From: a virus
Lineage: Duplodnaviria; Caudoviricetes
DNA: 40,955 nt
IMG/VR virus record: IMGVR_UViG_3300030207_000712
Coordinates: 1 to 40,955 of that record
Direction: 5' to 3' (one strand)
Below are positions 17,297-26,700 of this stretch, piece by piece (within the stretch, counting starts at the first letter, position 1; the number at the start of each line of letters is the position of its first letter). The notes under the pieces were generated by a model. It saw only the letters and a program-made list of their open reading frames with translations. It ran no database searches and had not been told where the DNA came from. The position numbers and the translations under genes were made by a program.

Positions 17297-17326
17297 TTGC
17301 TTCAAGTAATCACAGATTAGTAAATT
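17297..17326 (+). promoter_or_regulatory. Promoter of the recombination/replication operon
   Basis: AAAATAATAC-TTGCTT-18-TAAATT. Confidence 0.6.
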
Positions 17327-17351
17327 AACAAAGAGAGAGAGGAGTAAATAT

Positions 17352-18227
17352 ATGCCTTTGAAAGGTTTTAAATATCCTGATGGTGGTATAGTATCTACAA
17401 TAGATATTAAGAAGGGTGACGTAGATATAGAGAGAATGCAAGTATCGTTACCTACTCTACTACATATGTCAAAAGATAGAGACCCAGATAGAAAACCATC
17501 AACAACAGAACTAATACAAGGCACTTGTCAATCGTACCTACAAAGAACACAAGACTACTACATATATCCAGATGACAATGCGTTTTCTTTAGCAGGTACT
17601 TTACATCATTTAAAGTTGGAAGAATCTTCTTCTGTAGTAGATAGACTAGGTTCAGAGATTACTGTAGAATCAAATGGTATAACTGGGACTGTAGATTTAT
17701 ATGACAAAGATACAAAGATGTTAATAGATTACAAGTTCTCTGGTAGTTATAAGATAGCTAAGTGTCTTGGTATACAAGTAAAGCACGGATACCATCCTAC
17801 TGAAGTATATAAGAAGAGTGGTAGGTGGGGTAAGGCAGGTACTCCAAGAAGAGTAAAGGAGTTTTATATAGATAAAGATACTGCAGATATGGAAGATTGG
17901 GGATGGCAAGTAAACTTCTATAGATACCTACTAGAACAAAACGGATACCCAGTAGATAGTATGTATGTACAAGCTACAGTTAGAGATGCAGGGTTGCAGG
18001 TATCTAGGGAGAGAGGACTAGACAAGAAGATATATATGATAGAGGTTCCATACATAAACAATGAACACCTATTAGATATGTTCACAGTAAAAAGAGATGC
18101 TCTACTATTATCACTAGATAATGAAGAGTTACCAGATAAATGTACAGATGAAGAAACTTGGAATGGTACAAAGTGTAAGTCTTACTGTTCAGTAAGAGAC
18201 ATATGTCCATACAATAAAGGAGAATAG
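17352..18227 (+). CDS. Cas4-like PD-(D/E)xK exonuclease
   Basis: GTLHH, GTVDLYD, IDYK and QVNFY motifs; one N-terminal Cys plus C-terminal CKSYC..ICP cluster. Confidence 0.85.
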   Translation: MPLKGFKYPDGGIVSTIDIKKGDVDIERMQVSLPTLLHMSKDRDPDRKPSTTELIQGTCQSYLQRTQDYYIYPDDNAFSLAGTLHHLKLEESSSVVDRLGSEITVESNGITGTVDLYDKDTKMLIDYKFSGSYKIAKCLGIQVKHGYHPTEVYKKSGRWGKAGTPRRVKEFYIDKDTADMEDWGWQVNFYRYLLEQNGYPVDSMYVQATVRDAGLQVSRERGLDKKIYMIEVPYINNEHLLDMFTVKRDALLLSLDNEELPDKCTDEETWNGTKCKSYCSVRDICPYNKGE

Positions 18228-18228
18228 T

Positions 18229-18492
18229 ATGCAAGAGTTAGAAGTAGTATTTAAGAAGAGCAAAGAAGATAATAGCAATAGTGTAAAGAGGTGGGCTATC
18301 AAAGAAGAGAAGGATGATGGTAGCACTTGGTGGATGATTAGAGGTGGTGCTTTCTCTAATGTTATAAATACTAAATACAACTATAGATTATTCGAATCTA
18401 AGGATGATGCTATTATGCAATCCAATGATATGAATAGACTATATGGTAGGAAAACAACAGTAGCAGAAGTGAGGTACAAAAATGCCAAGTGA
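18229..18492 (+). CDS. Hypothetical protein
   Basis: AAGGAG SD; in operon. Confidence 0.65.
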   Translation: MQELEVVFKKSKEDNSNSVKRWAIKEEKDDGSTWWMIRGGAFSNVINTKYNYRLFESKDDAIMQSNDMNRLYGRKTTVAEVRYKNAK

Positions 18493-18679
18493 TATTAATA
18501 CCCTTGAGTATAGAATAGAACAACTAGAGATTGCATTGATGAATCTAATGTTTGTTGTTGCTAATCAAGAGAAAGAGCTACCTCTGTTTAAAGAGAATAT
18601 AAAGAAAGCAGAGAAGGTAGCTAATGAGAATAAAGATATGATTACTCTACTTGTAAGTAAAGATAAGGCAGAGGCTTAG
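18482..18679 (+). CDS. Hypothetical coiled-coil protein
   Basis: GAGGT SD; in operon. Confidence 0.65.
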   Translation: MPSDINTLEYRIEQLEIALMNLMFVVANQEKELPLFKENIKKAEKVANENKDMITLLVSKDKAEA

Positions 18680-18680
18680 T

Positions 18681-18875
18681 ATGAGTGGTCATAATAAAGA
18701 GATAGTATCTCTAATAGAGAGCAGGCTAGAAAAAGGCAGAAGAGAGTATAAGCAAGAGGTGGATGTGTTTGATGGTAGAGATTGGACTAAGGAAGCATTA
18801 GAAGAATTACTAGATGCTTGTGTCTATATAACAGCAGAGATACTAAAGATAAAGAAGAGGAGTGAGAATGAGTAG
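18681..18875 (+). CDS. Small helical protein, possibly all-alpha NTP pyrophosphatase-like
   Basis: G..EY...DW..EALEELLDACVY; the EExxD pattern recalls MazG-like helices. Confidence 0.45.
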   Translation: MSGHNKEIVSLIESRLEKGRREYKQEVDVFDGRDWTKEALEELLDACVYITAEILKIKKRSENE

Positions 18876-19485
18876 TGAGTTATCATTAATAGAGAACGGT
18901 GCTATTGTAGAGCAAGAAGTATTTGACATCATTAGAGACCTTCACGAGAAGGTGTCTATGGAGGACACACCTAAGACATTCGTAAAGAAGAAGATGGGTA
19001 TGGACTATGTGGAGATTAGCTATATGAAAAGTATAGCAGATAAGTACTATCCCGGGTGGTCTTGGACTATTGTGAGTACAGAGATGTTAGGTAGTGAGGC
19101 GTTTATGGTACACGGAAGACTGAAGTGGTTTGAAGGTGGTATATGGAGAGAAGGAGATATGACAGCGGCTCATAGAATAATGAAGTTAAGAGATAAGGAA
19201 GGTTTCGTAGACGTTGGTAATGATATCAAGTCAGCTAATACAGATGCTATGAAGAAGGCATTTAATATGTATATGAATATTGCAGACGACGTATATAGAA
19301 ACAGAGTAGAAGATACATCATTAAGTCAAGAAGATATAGACTACATATACGAAGAGATGGAAGGCATTAGTGATGAATGGAAGGAAAAGATATCACTATC
19401 AGTAGAGAATGGTGATATAGAAAAGAACGATATAGCGAAAGTTATAAACAAGATAAATCAAATAAAGGAAAGTGAAAATGAGTAA
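18868..19485 (+). CDS. Rad52/Rad22-like (Sak) single-strand annealing protein
   Basis: DYVE...YPGWSW and GNDIKSANTDAMKKA...IADDVY; GAGGAG SD favours ATG 18868; next to exonuclease and SSB. Confidence 0.75.
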   Translation: MSSELSLIENGAIVEQEVFDIIRDLHEKVSMEDTPKTFVKKKMGMDYVEISYMKSIADKYYPGWSWTIVSTEMLGSEAFMVHGRLKWFEGGIWREGDMTAAHRIMKLRDKEGFVDVGNDIKSANTDAMKKAFNMYMNIADDVYRNRVEDTSLSQEDIDYIYEEMEGISDEWKEKISLSVENGDIEKNDIAKVINKINQIKESENE

Positions 19486-20050
19486 CTCAGTAAGTTCAGT
19501 ACTAGGTGATGTTATGGGAGGGGAGTCTTACTACGACCCATCACAAGACAAACCTAATGTAATAGTACCTGAGGGTGACTATTATGCACACGTAAAAGAC
19601 TTCACCTTGAAAGAAGATGTGGTTATACGTGGTAAATACTTAGCAGATATATACAACCTAACGTTCAAGTTAGCTAGTGAAAACTCTGAGAAAGAGTTTG
19701 GTGAACATAGTGGTAGTATGTTTGTAGGTAAAACAATACGCTCTAAGGGTTTGTTTAGATTCAAGAACCCAACAGAGAAACACCTAGAGCCTAACTCTGG
19801 TGGTAATAGAGAGTTCAAAGAAGTGTGTGATTCTTTAGGTATAAAGCCTGAGGAAAAAGAGATAGATGGTAATAAGGTATTCGCACTACCAGTATTTACA
19901 CCATCTAACTGTGAAGGTATGCCTGCAATAGTAAAGGTAAAGCACGAAACTTGGACTAATAGAGAAGGAGAAGAGGTAACATCTCCTAAGGTTGTTGGAA
20001 TCTATAGTTGGAGTAATGGTAAGCAAGACTTATCAGACTTACCATTCTAG
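19472..20050 (+). CDS. Single-stranded DNA-binding protein (DUF669-like OB fold)
   Basis: VPEGDY.A.V N-terminus; acidic aromatic tail DLSDLPF; follows the annealase. Confidence 0.7.
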   Translation: MKMSNSVSSVLGDVMGGESYYDPSQDKPNVIVPEGDYYAHVKDFTLKEDVVIRGKYLADIYNLTFKLASENSEKEFGEHSGSMFVGKTIRSKGLFRFKNPTEKHLEPNSGGNREFKEVCDSLGIKPEEKEIDGNKVFALPVFTPSNCEGMPAIVKVKHETWTNREGEEVTSPKVVGIYSWSNGKQDLSDLPF

Positions 20051-20317
20051 ATGAGAATAACAAACCAAGAATACGATATCATCATTAGAGCCTTATCAGC
20101 TTATTCGGACATAATGAAGTACGGTGCTAGTAAACCAAATCACTGGAATACTAGAGAGGAAGCAGATATGTTGAAGGGTAAACTACAGAAAGAATACGAC
20201 GAGATAGCAGAACGTAATATGGCAGAGGGAATGACAGCAGATGAAGAAGAGATATACCCTAGTAGATTGAATACTGAATACGGAGGTAACCCTAATGGAG
20301 ATAAAAAAGTGGAATGA
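20051..20317 (+). CDS. Hypothetical protein
   Basis: ORF abutting the SSB stop. Confidence 0.65.
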   Translation: MRITNQEYDIIIRALSAYSDIMKYGASKPNHWNTREEADMLKGKLQKEYDEIAERNMAEGMTADEEEIYPSRLNTEYGGNPNGDKKVE

Positions 20318-20513
20318 GATAGAGCATTCTTTCACTACTAAGTTCGGATGGTACGATGGACTACGACATATGACAGATATATCTAAAGAGTTTACAAAAG
20401 GTGAAAGAAGTATCTATGAGTTAAGTGATAGAGAGGACTACCTCTTAATCAAGAAGTTAAGAACCAAATACAAAAAGGAGCCAACATGGCACGTAAAAGA
20501 AAATCACAAGTAA
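20295..20513 (+). CDS. Hypothetical protein
   Basis: GGAGGT SD. Confidence 0.65.
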   Translation: MEIKKWNEIEHSFTTKFGWYDGLRHMTDISKEFTKGERSIYELSDREDYLLIKKLRTKYKKEPTWHVKENHK

Positions 20514-20689
20514 GTAAAGTAAGAGATTTCCTATTTACTGGAAAGAAACTTACAGCTAAAACAGCAATCAGTAGGTTTGGTATATATAGATTAGCCGCAG
20601 TTATCTATGTATTACGTAATACATTCAATATGAATATTACTACTGACAATACAAAGGGACACGCTGTATACTCTTTGACTACTTCTTAA
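20486..20689 (+). CDS. Winged helix-turn-helix DNA-binding protein
   Basis: SQ...L..GKKLT...A...FGIYRLAAVIY.LR...I.T...Y pattern; AAGGAG SD. Confidence 0.8.
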   Translation: MARKRKSQVSKVRDFLFTGKKLTAKTAISRFGIYRLAAVIYVLRNTFNMNITTDNTKGHAVYSLTTS

Positions 20690-20695
20690 GTAGAT

Positions 20696-20796
20696 GGCTA
20701 GGGGTGTGCCATAAACACCCCAAAGATTTTTTATTTAGTCTCCTTACTAAGAAGAGGTTAGGGCGTACCTAGAGCTTTATCTCGAAACGCCCAAAG
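20696..20796 (+). other. Twin GC-rich hairpins; the first may be a terminator
   Basis: GGGGTGT/ACACCCC (20701-20721) and GGGCGT/ACGCCC (20761-20792). Confidence 0.6.
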
Positions 20797-20805
20797 GATT
20801 AGGAT

Positions 20806-20895
20806 ATGCCTACACCATTTATGTGTCACGGATGTGACAAACCAACTATGAATAAGAATGGAGTCTGCGATGACTGCAAAAATAAAAAGGAGTAG
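20806..20895 (+). CDS. 29-aa zinc-finger microprotein (not in track)
   Basis: MPTPFMCHGCDKPTMNKNGVCDDCKNKKE; two CxxC; AAGGA SD. Confidence 0.65.
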   Translation: MPTPFMCHGCDKPTMNKNGVCDDCKNKKE

Positions 20896-20898
20896 ATT

Positions 20899-21033
20899 AT
20901 GAGATACTACTGGGAAGTTCTATTTAGTACAGAGTATTTTCCCTACTGGGAATTTACTATGTTGATGATGTTATGTCTACAGATTAGTCATATCTGGAGA
21001 CTACATAGAATAGAAAAGAAGATAGATAGATAA
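20899..21033 (+). CDS. Small membrane protein (44 aa, not in track)
   Basis: AAGGAG SD; MRYYWEVLFSTEYFPYWEFTMLMMLCLQISHIWRLHRIEKKIDR. Confidence 0.65.
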   Translation: MRYYWEVLFSTEYFPYWEFTMLMMLCLQISHIWRLHRIEKKIDR

Positions 21034-21038
21034 GATAT

Positions 21039-21184
21039 GGATTAGATGTGGGGGGTAAAACTTTTAATAATAGACCTATGAGCAGAACACATAAGCGAGT
21101 AGGAACTGGAAGTGGTGTTATTATTCTCTCTTCGTTTATTAAAAGGATGGCATACGGTTGGCTCTGTATTCCCCCACATTATCC
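21039..21184 (+). ncRNA. Candidate structured non-coding RNA
   Basis: Nested inverted repeats ATGTGGGGG/CCCCCACAT and CTTTTAATAA/TTATTAAAAG, plus internal hairpins. Confidence 0.5.
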
Positions 21185-21193
21185 TAGATAGAT

Positions 21194-21445
21194 ATGAAAA
21201 TAAAGAAAAACAAAACAACAAAGAGAACTATTCAGAAAGATATAAGCACTTTATCTAGATTAGTTCTAGCTAATAAATCAGCAATAGATGTTCTTGGAGA
21301 TTTCCTTTATAACTACTTAGATATGAAAGGAGAGACCGAGACTTATACTAAATTTATGGAGGAAAAAATAGATGGATTTATTCAAGAGAATAGCAAGGGG
21401 GATGGAAGTATTCCTAGAGAGTCCCTTCAAGAAGAGGAGGAATAG
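21194..21445 (+). CDS. Hypothetical protein
   Basis: 83 aa ORF on the operon strand. Confidence 0.6.
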   Translation: MKIKKNKTTKRTIQKDISTLSRLVLANKSAIDVLGDFLYNYLDMKGETETYTKFMEEKIDGFIQENSKGDGSIPRESLQEEEE

Positions 21446-21447
21446 AA

Positions 21448-21798
21448 GTGCCATCAAAAAGCAAGGCAAAAGGAAACAGGTTCGAAAGAGAAGTCGTAAA
21501 ACTAGCTAAGGAATACGGCTTAGAATCTAAGAGAGCGTGGGGTTCTGATGGTAGGTCATTAGGACTTCACCCTGAAGTAGATATAACAATAGAAGAATAC
21601 ACCGTACAATGTAAAGTACGGAAAAGGATAGCAGAATGGTTGAAACCTTCGGAGCAAATAGAGGGATTACACCTCCAATGCGTAAAGGAATCAAGGGGTC
21701 AGATATACGCTATAATGTCAATGACGGACTTGATGTCAATTATGGTTCGCCTAAAGACGCTCAATGGAGATTTGAAGCAAAGGCAAGAGCAAGAGTAA
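21448..21798 (+). CDS. Holliday junction resolvase (Hjc-like PD-(D/E)xK)
   Basis: SKAKGNRFERE..., RAWGS, VDI and VQCK motifs; GTG start with GAGGAGG SD. Confidence 0.8.
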   Translation: MPSKSKAKGNRFEREVVKLAKEYGLESKRAWGSDGRSLGLHPEVDITIEEYTVQCKVRKRIAEWLKPSEQIEGLHLQCVKESRGQIYAIMSMTDLMSIMVRLKTLNGDLKQRQEQE

Positions 21799-22070
21799 TG
21801 GACTTACAGAACTACCTAGGAGAAGAATGGATTGACTACAAAGCAGTTAACTATTATGTTAACAATAAGAAGTCAAGAGATGGAGGTCAGTCTATGGTAG
21901 CTAGTAAAGTATTTAGGTGTGTTGATTGTAAGATAGCCTATGAGACAAAATCTACATCAGCAGGAGGTCACCTTGAAGGTAATAAGAAATTACCAGATGT
22001 TGTATTTGATAATGTACCTCTAGAAAAATCAGAGTGCGGTTTTAATAGGAAGTGTGATTTCTATGGCTAA
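21636..22070 (+). CDS. Hypothetical Zn-binding protein (true start uncertain, possibly 21798)
   Basis: CVDC and C-terminal Cys pair; ATG 21798 overlaps the resolvase stop (TAATG). Confidence 0.55.
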   Translation: MVETFGANRGITPPMRKGIKGSDIRYNVNDGLDVNYGSPKDAQWRFEAKARARVMDLQNYLGEEWIDYKAVNYYVNNKKSRDGGQSMVASKVFRCVDCKIAYETKSTSAGGHLEGNKKLPDVVFDNVPLEKSECGFNRKCDFYG

Positions 22071-22443
22071 GTGTCCACTATGTGATGGGAAGATACTGAA
22101 GAAGGATGTATCTATAAGACTCAAGTCTCTTAGATTATCTAGGTCTCCATCCACACTTAGGCAAATAGATACTATAATGAAAGAGTTGTCTACTCACTGG
22201 GTCGTAGATGATGTACAGATGGCAGGGTTCTTAGCAGATATAGAAGGAGTAGATGACTCTATAGTTATAGAATCAATAAAGAAGTTTAGAAAGAAGAATG
22301 GTGTAGAACAAGGTTATAATGTTAAGTATCTTGCAGGTATAGTAAAGAATGAGAGCAAGAGATTTAGGTTAAGAGAAGACTATGAGAGAAGAACCTTGGA
22401 TAGAATACCACCAAAACTAAAGGAGAACAATGAAGAGCATTGA
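22054..22443 (+). CDS. Hypothetical protein, possible helicase loader or replication initiator
   Basis: CPLC N-terminus; KYLAGIVKN resembles DnaD-type YxxxIxxN; directly upstream of the helicase. Confidence 0.5.
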   Translation: MISMAKCPLCDGKILKKDVSIRLKSLRLSRSPSTLRQIDTIMKELSTHWVVDDVQMAGFLADIEGVDDSIVIESIKKFRKKNGVEQGYNVKYLAGIVKNESKRFRLREDYERRTLDRIPPKLKENNEEH

Positions 22444-23761
22444 GCTAGAGAAGGCTTTGTTAGGTTGTTTAATAACAGATGGTAAGTACATAGACTCTGT
22501 GAAGCAGTACATACCTGAGGATGATTTTTTCTATTCATCCTTCAATCAAAAGGTATGGAAAGCATTAGATAAACTTAATAAAAACAACAAGAAAATAGAC
22601 ACAATAACAGTATGTGAAGAGGTAGTTAGTTCTACTAGTTCTAGTACTGACAGATATGAGATACTAGGATTCTTAGACCTAGTTACATCTCCTGCAAATG
22701 CTGTTGAGTATGCTAAGAGATTACATTCTTATTACCTTAGAAGAATATTGTTTGTACAGATGAATGATATATCCAAAGGTATAAATGATGCATCTTTAGA
22801 GACTGGCAACTTATTAGAGGATGCACATACTACTATTGGTAACATTATAAAGCTACAACCTAATCAGACATTTGACATAGACTCTCTATTAGTTGATACT
22901 AAAGAGTCTATAATAAACTCTACCACACAAATACCTACTGGTATAGGTACTCTAGATAGAGTTATTACTGGTATGACAAGAGGTGAGATTACTATAGTTG
23001 CAGGTAGACCCGGCAATGCAAAGACTACTGTGTCTGCTAATATAGCTAGGAACCTAGTACATAGAGGATTGAAGGTTGCTATGTTTAATAGAGAGATGCC
23101 TAATACAGAGATGATGAAGAAGTTTATTGCTATGGAGTCAAGAGCCTTGCAGTATAGAAACCTTAGGAACAATGTAGGTATAGACCAAATAGAACTAGCC
23201 GATGTATCTGATAAGATATCAGAAATATACGGAGGTAAGTTATTTATGTTTGACGATGTTAGAGATATGGAGAGTACATTTCGTGAGATAAAAGCTATAA
23301 GTCCTGACGTAGTTATTGATGACCATATAGGATTGATTGAACACCCTGCTCACGATAGAAGAGACCTACGCCTTAAGATAGGGGATGTTAGTCGTAGTTA
23401 CAAGTGGTTAGCTAAGGCACAAGATATGTCTGTTATATTAGTGTCACAGATGAATAGAAATATGGAGCATAGAAATGATAGAGTGCCTAGGTTATCTGAC
23501 TTGGCAGAGTCTGGTAATTTAGAACAAGATGCAGAGATAGTAGTATTTACACACTACCCTTGGGTATCAAGGTATGGAGATGATGGTAATAGTGATTGCT
23601 TTTTAGAACTTATAGTAGCTAAGAACAGATATGGTAGTACCAACTCTTGTGAGGTAGGGTATCACGGTAACAGTTGTTTGGTTACTAATACAGAATCTGA
23701 GGCAGTAGAACTAGCTAAGAGTAGGGGAGATAGTATAGGTGGCACACCTAAACCTTTCTAG
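22430..23761 (+). CDS. dnaB: Replicative DNA helicase
   Basis: E.ALLG N-terminal domain, IPTG...LD, AGRPGNAKT, SQMNR, PRLSDLAESGNLEQDAE and AKNRYG motifs. Confidence 0.95.
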   Translation: MKSIELEKALLGCLITDGKYIDSVKQYIPEDDFFYSSFNQKVWKALDKLNKNNKKIDTITVCEEVVSSTSSSTDRYEILGFLDLVTSPANAVEYAKRLHSYYLRRILFVQMNDISKGINDASLETGNLLEDAHTTIGNIIKLQPNQTFDIDSLLVDTKESIINSTTQIPTGIGTLDRVITGMTRGEITIVAGRPGNAKTTVSANIARNLVHRGLKVAMFNREMPNTEMMKKFIAMESRALQYRNLRNNVGIDQIELADVSDKISEIYGGKLFMFDDVRDMESTFREIKAISPDVVIDDHIGLIEHPAHDRRDLRLKIGDVSRSYKWLAKAQDMSVILVSQMNRNMEHRNDRVPRLSDLAESGNLEQDAEIVVFTHYPWVSRYGDDGNSDCFLELIVAKNRYGSTNSCEVGYHGNSCLVTNTESEAVELAKSRGDSIGGTPKPF

Positions 23762-23763
23762 TG

Positions 23764-26700
23764 TTATACGTCAGCCTTTTTCTTATGCTTCTGCATCTTT
23801 CTTTTTATCACAGCCTTGTAGTCTATATCTGTTACTAGTATAGGGTACATAGGGTAGGTGCTATTCCAGTTACGCATATCCTCTAGTGCTTGTTGGTATG
23901 CTTCTGGTGTCTCAGATTTTATTATACTTTCTAATATAGCAGACTTTCTTCTACCTCTAAGAAACTCTATCCTACTTTGCTTTAGACCTTTTGTTTCTAG
24001 TTGTTTTGCAAAGTCTTTTAATAGAGGACTACCAGTCATCCTCAACGCTCTAGATGGAACTCTTCTTATAAAGTCTCCTTGGTAGTTCTTATAATCTCTT
24101 TCTAGTGCACCCATAAACTTAAACAACTCAGATACGTCTGACATAAAAGGTGGTGATGCGAAGAATGCTAGTGCCCTAGTAACACTTCTTCCTTCTTCTA
24201 ACCCAGCCATTAGAAAGTCACCCAAGAAACCAAATGCTCCTATTGCGGCTATGTTTTCTACTATCTCTTTAGCATCTGCCTCGAAGAATGTAGCAGGGTC
24301 ATATGCTTTTTCACCAGAAGCTAGTTGCTTCATAAGTTCTTTTGCTTTGATAGCTAGAGCACCAGTAGCCATACCACCTGCGGCTAATCTAAGCATAGGC
24401 ATAAAGTTACCCTGAGCTAAATCAAACTTTAATGTATCTATTATAAAGTTATACTGCCTAAGTCCAAATGATTTAAACTGTAGAAACGGTTTAGCTGATG
24501 GTCTATTTAGTACTAATGGGTCTGATAATATATCTTTCTGCAACTGAGACTTAACTGCAAATCTACCTATAGCATTAGTAACTGTAGACCTAGGTAGTTG
24601 ACCATCTTTTATTTGAGCTGGGTCTATACCCATCTTCTGTAATGTATTATTAGCCCACTTCTTTGAACCTATTCTACCTAAACCTATCCCTCTTTTACCT
24701 ATTGATATAGCTACTAAATCATCTACTAAAACCCTAGCTGTTGCGGCGGCTAATATATTATTGATAGAGTTTATCCTATTGAACTGAGATATGTCAGTTA
24801 ATCTACCTACAATACTCTTAGATATATCACTCTGTTGTGATATGCCCATCATCTCATTTATGTATTTATATAAGTTACCACCAGATGCATCTACTTGCTT
24901 TCTAAAATCTTTATCAGTCATATACTTGTATGCACCCTTGGTAAATCTCCAGTACCCTGCAGATAAAGCAGAAGATATTGCGAACTGTGATAGGTTCATA
25001 GCTGTTGCAGTACCTAGTGCAATCTTAGTAGATGTCTCCCACTCCATAACCTTCTGCATAAAATCTTTGATTCCGGGATTAAGATTATATCTTCTATTAT
25101 AACCTATAGAGCCCATTACGTGATTATGTAATTCCATCATAATAGGTAGGTCATCTACATTAGCACCATTAAGTAACTGTTCGTAAATCTCACCCTTTCT
25201 ACCAAAATTTTTAACCTCTGCTGAACGTCTAGCAACATTAGATGAATAGATACCTAGTAACTGTCTTATATCTCTCTCGTAAAATTTAGATGGTAGCTCA
25301 TATGTCCTAGCTTTTTCTAAGTTACCATCCCTTTTAAATACCTCACCGTAGGTAAGCCTACCCATAAGTGCCATAGCTTTAAAAGGGCTAAGCTCTTCAA
25401 TGCCTTCATTCTTTCTTACTGTTTCTAGGATTGACTCATACGCCTCTCTAGTTTCTTTAGATAGAGTTGGTATAGCCTTCTTTATAATTCTATTTAAAAA
25501 CCTAGCTTCACCACCTCTGCTCTTGGCAAAAGCCTCTGGGTTATTCATCGCTTGTATTATTAAATCTATGTAGTCACTTTTTAAGTCTTTGACTAACATC
25601 TCCTCACCCTTCTTAGCTGATTGCTTTGATATCGTCTCTGATATCTTATATATATCAGCAAACACCTTCTCCGCTAAGCCCTGTTTAAGAAGTCTCGGTA
25701 TGTAATTTTCTATATATCCAACATTAACTCCAGACTCACGAGCTCTATTAAAGAGAAAGTCAGATATCTGTCTATAGGCTACAGTCTCTGGAGTGTTTAT
25801 ACCTTGCTCAACAGCGTCAGATAAGAGCTCCCAATACCTCTTAGAAACATCAGACTCATTCATTTTCATAGCTCTAGCTAGATTCCTAACTTGTGTTTTA
25901 GTTGGCTTCTCAGCGTTTAATCCAAACTGAGACATAAGGTCAAATGTTTCTGATAGAGTTTTCCTCTGGTCTACAACAAACTTATCAACTTTAGCAACAT
26001 AAGTTCTTCTTACAGGACTTACACTACCCCTGTTCCTTGCCGGTCTAAAAACATCTAGTAATTTATTAGCAGGAGCAGGTAACATATCATCTAAGAATAA
26101 ACTAAATCTAGTCTTCTGCATATCTATACCATTCTTTTGCATATCTTCCAATGCTTTTTTAGTATAGCTTTCAACAGTTAATTTATCTCTTAAATTTACA
26201 AGCTCATCATTAGTCTGGTCTTTCAATCTTTTTGGTAACTTCTCTCCACTCTTATCAGCTCTTTGTAAACCTCTATTGGTCTCCTTTATCTTATCAGAAT
26301 GACCTAATTCTTTTTCTAGTTTCCTAATTTCACTTTCTCTTTTAACCCTTAGTTCTTTTGGTGATATATTTACATTCTCTCCTTTTCTATAGTAAGTTGA
26401 GAATATATCTCTACTAACTAAGGAGACTTCATTGGTGTCTAAAAACTTTAACTGAACATTATCTTTATCAAAACTAAGTATCTTGGCTTGCCTATTACCT
26501 TGTCTGTCCGTATATATATTGTCATATAACTCTTGAGCATAACTTCTTCTACCTGTTTCCCTAGCTTCTGCTGTTATATCAAAACCTTCTGGTATAGGTT
26601 GCTTAGATATCTCAGGCTCAACAACATATTTTTTCATCTTGCTTAACTGTTCGAACCCTTTAGTAGCCGCCTTATTAACACCCTTAATACCTAGTACCAT

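Noticed and set aside
17352-18227. Cas4 as evidence of a CRISPR-Cas locus
   Set aside because: No cas1, cas2 or array; it sits with the annealase and SSB as a recombination nuclease.
20824-20839. Inverted repeat TGTCAC-GGAT-GTGACA as an operator
   Set aside because: Explained by the Cys-His-Gly-Cys-Asp codons of the zinc-finger microprotein.
20690-21190. tRNA genes in the GC-rich intergenic hairpins
   Set aside because: No cloverleaf, no T-loop GTTCRA and no acceptor stem of the right size.
10491-23761. TAG stop-codon reassignment suggested by the abundance of TAG
   Set aside because: Long genes are intact in the standard code, and TAG ends genes at natural C-termini (12576, 18227, 20050, 23761), usually with the next start close by.
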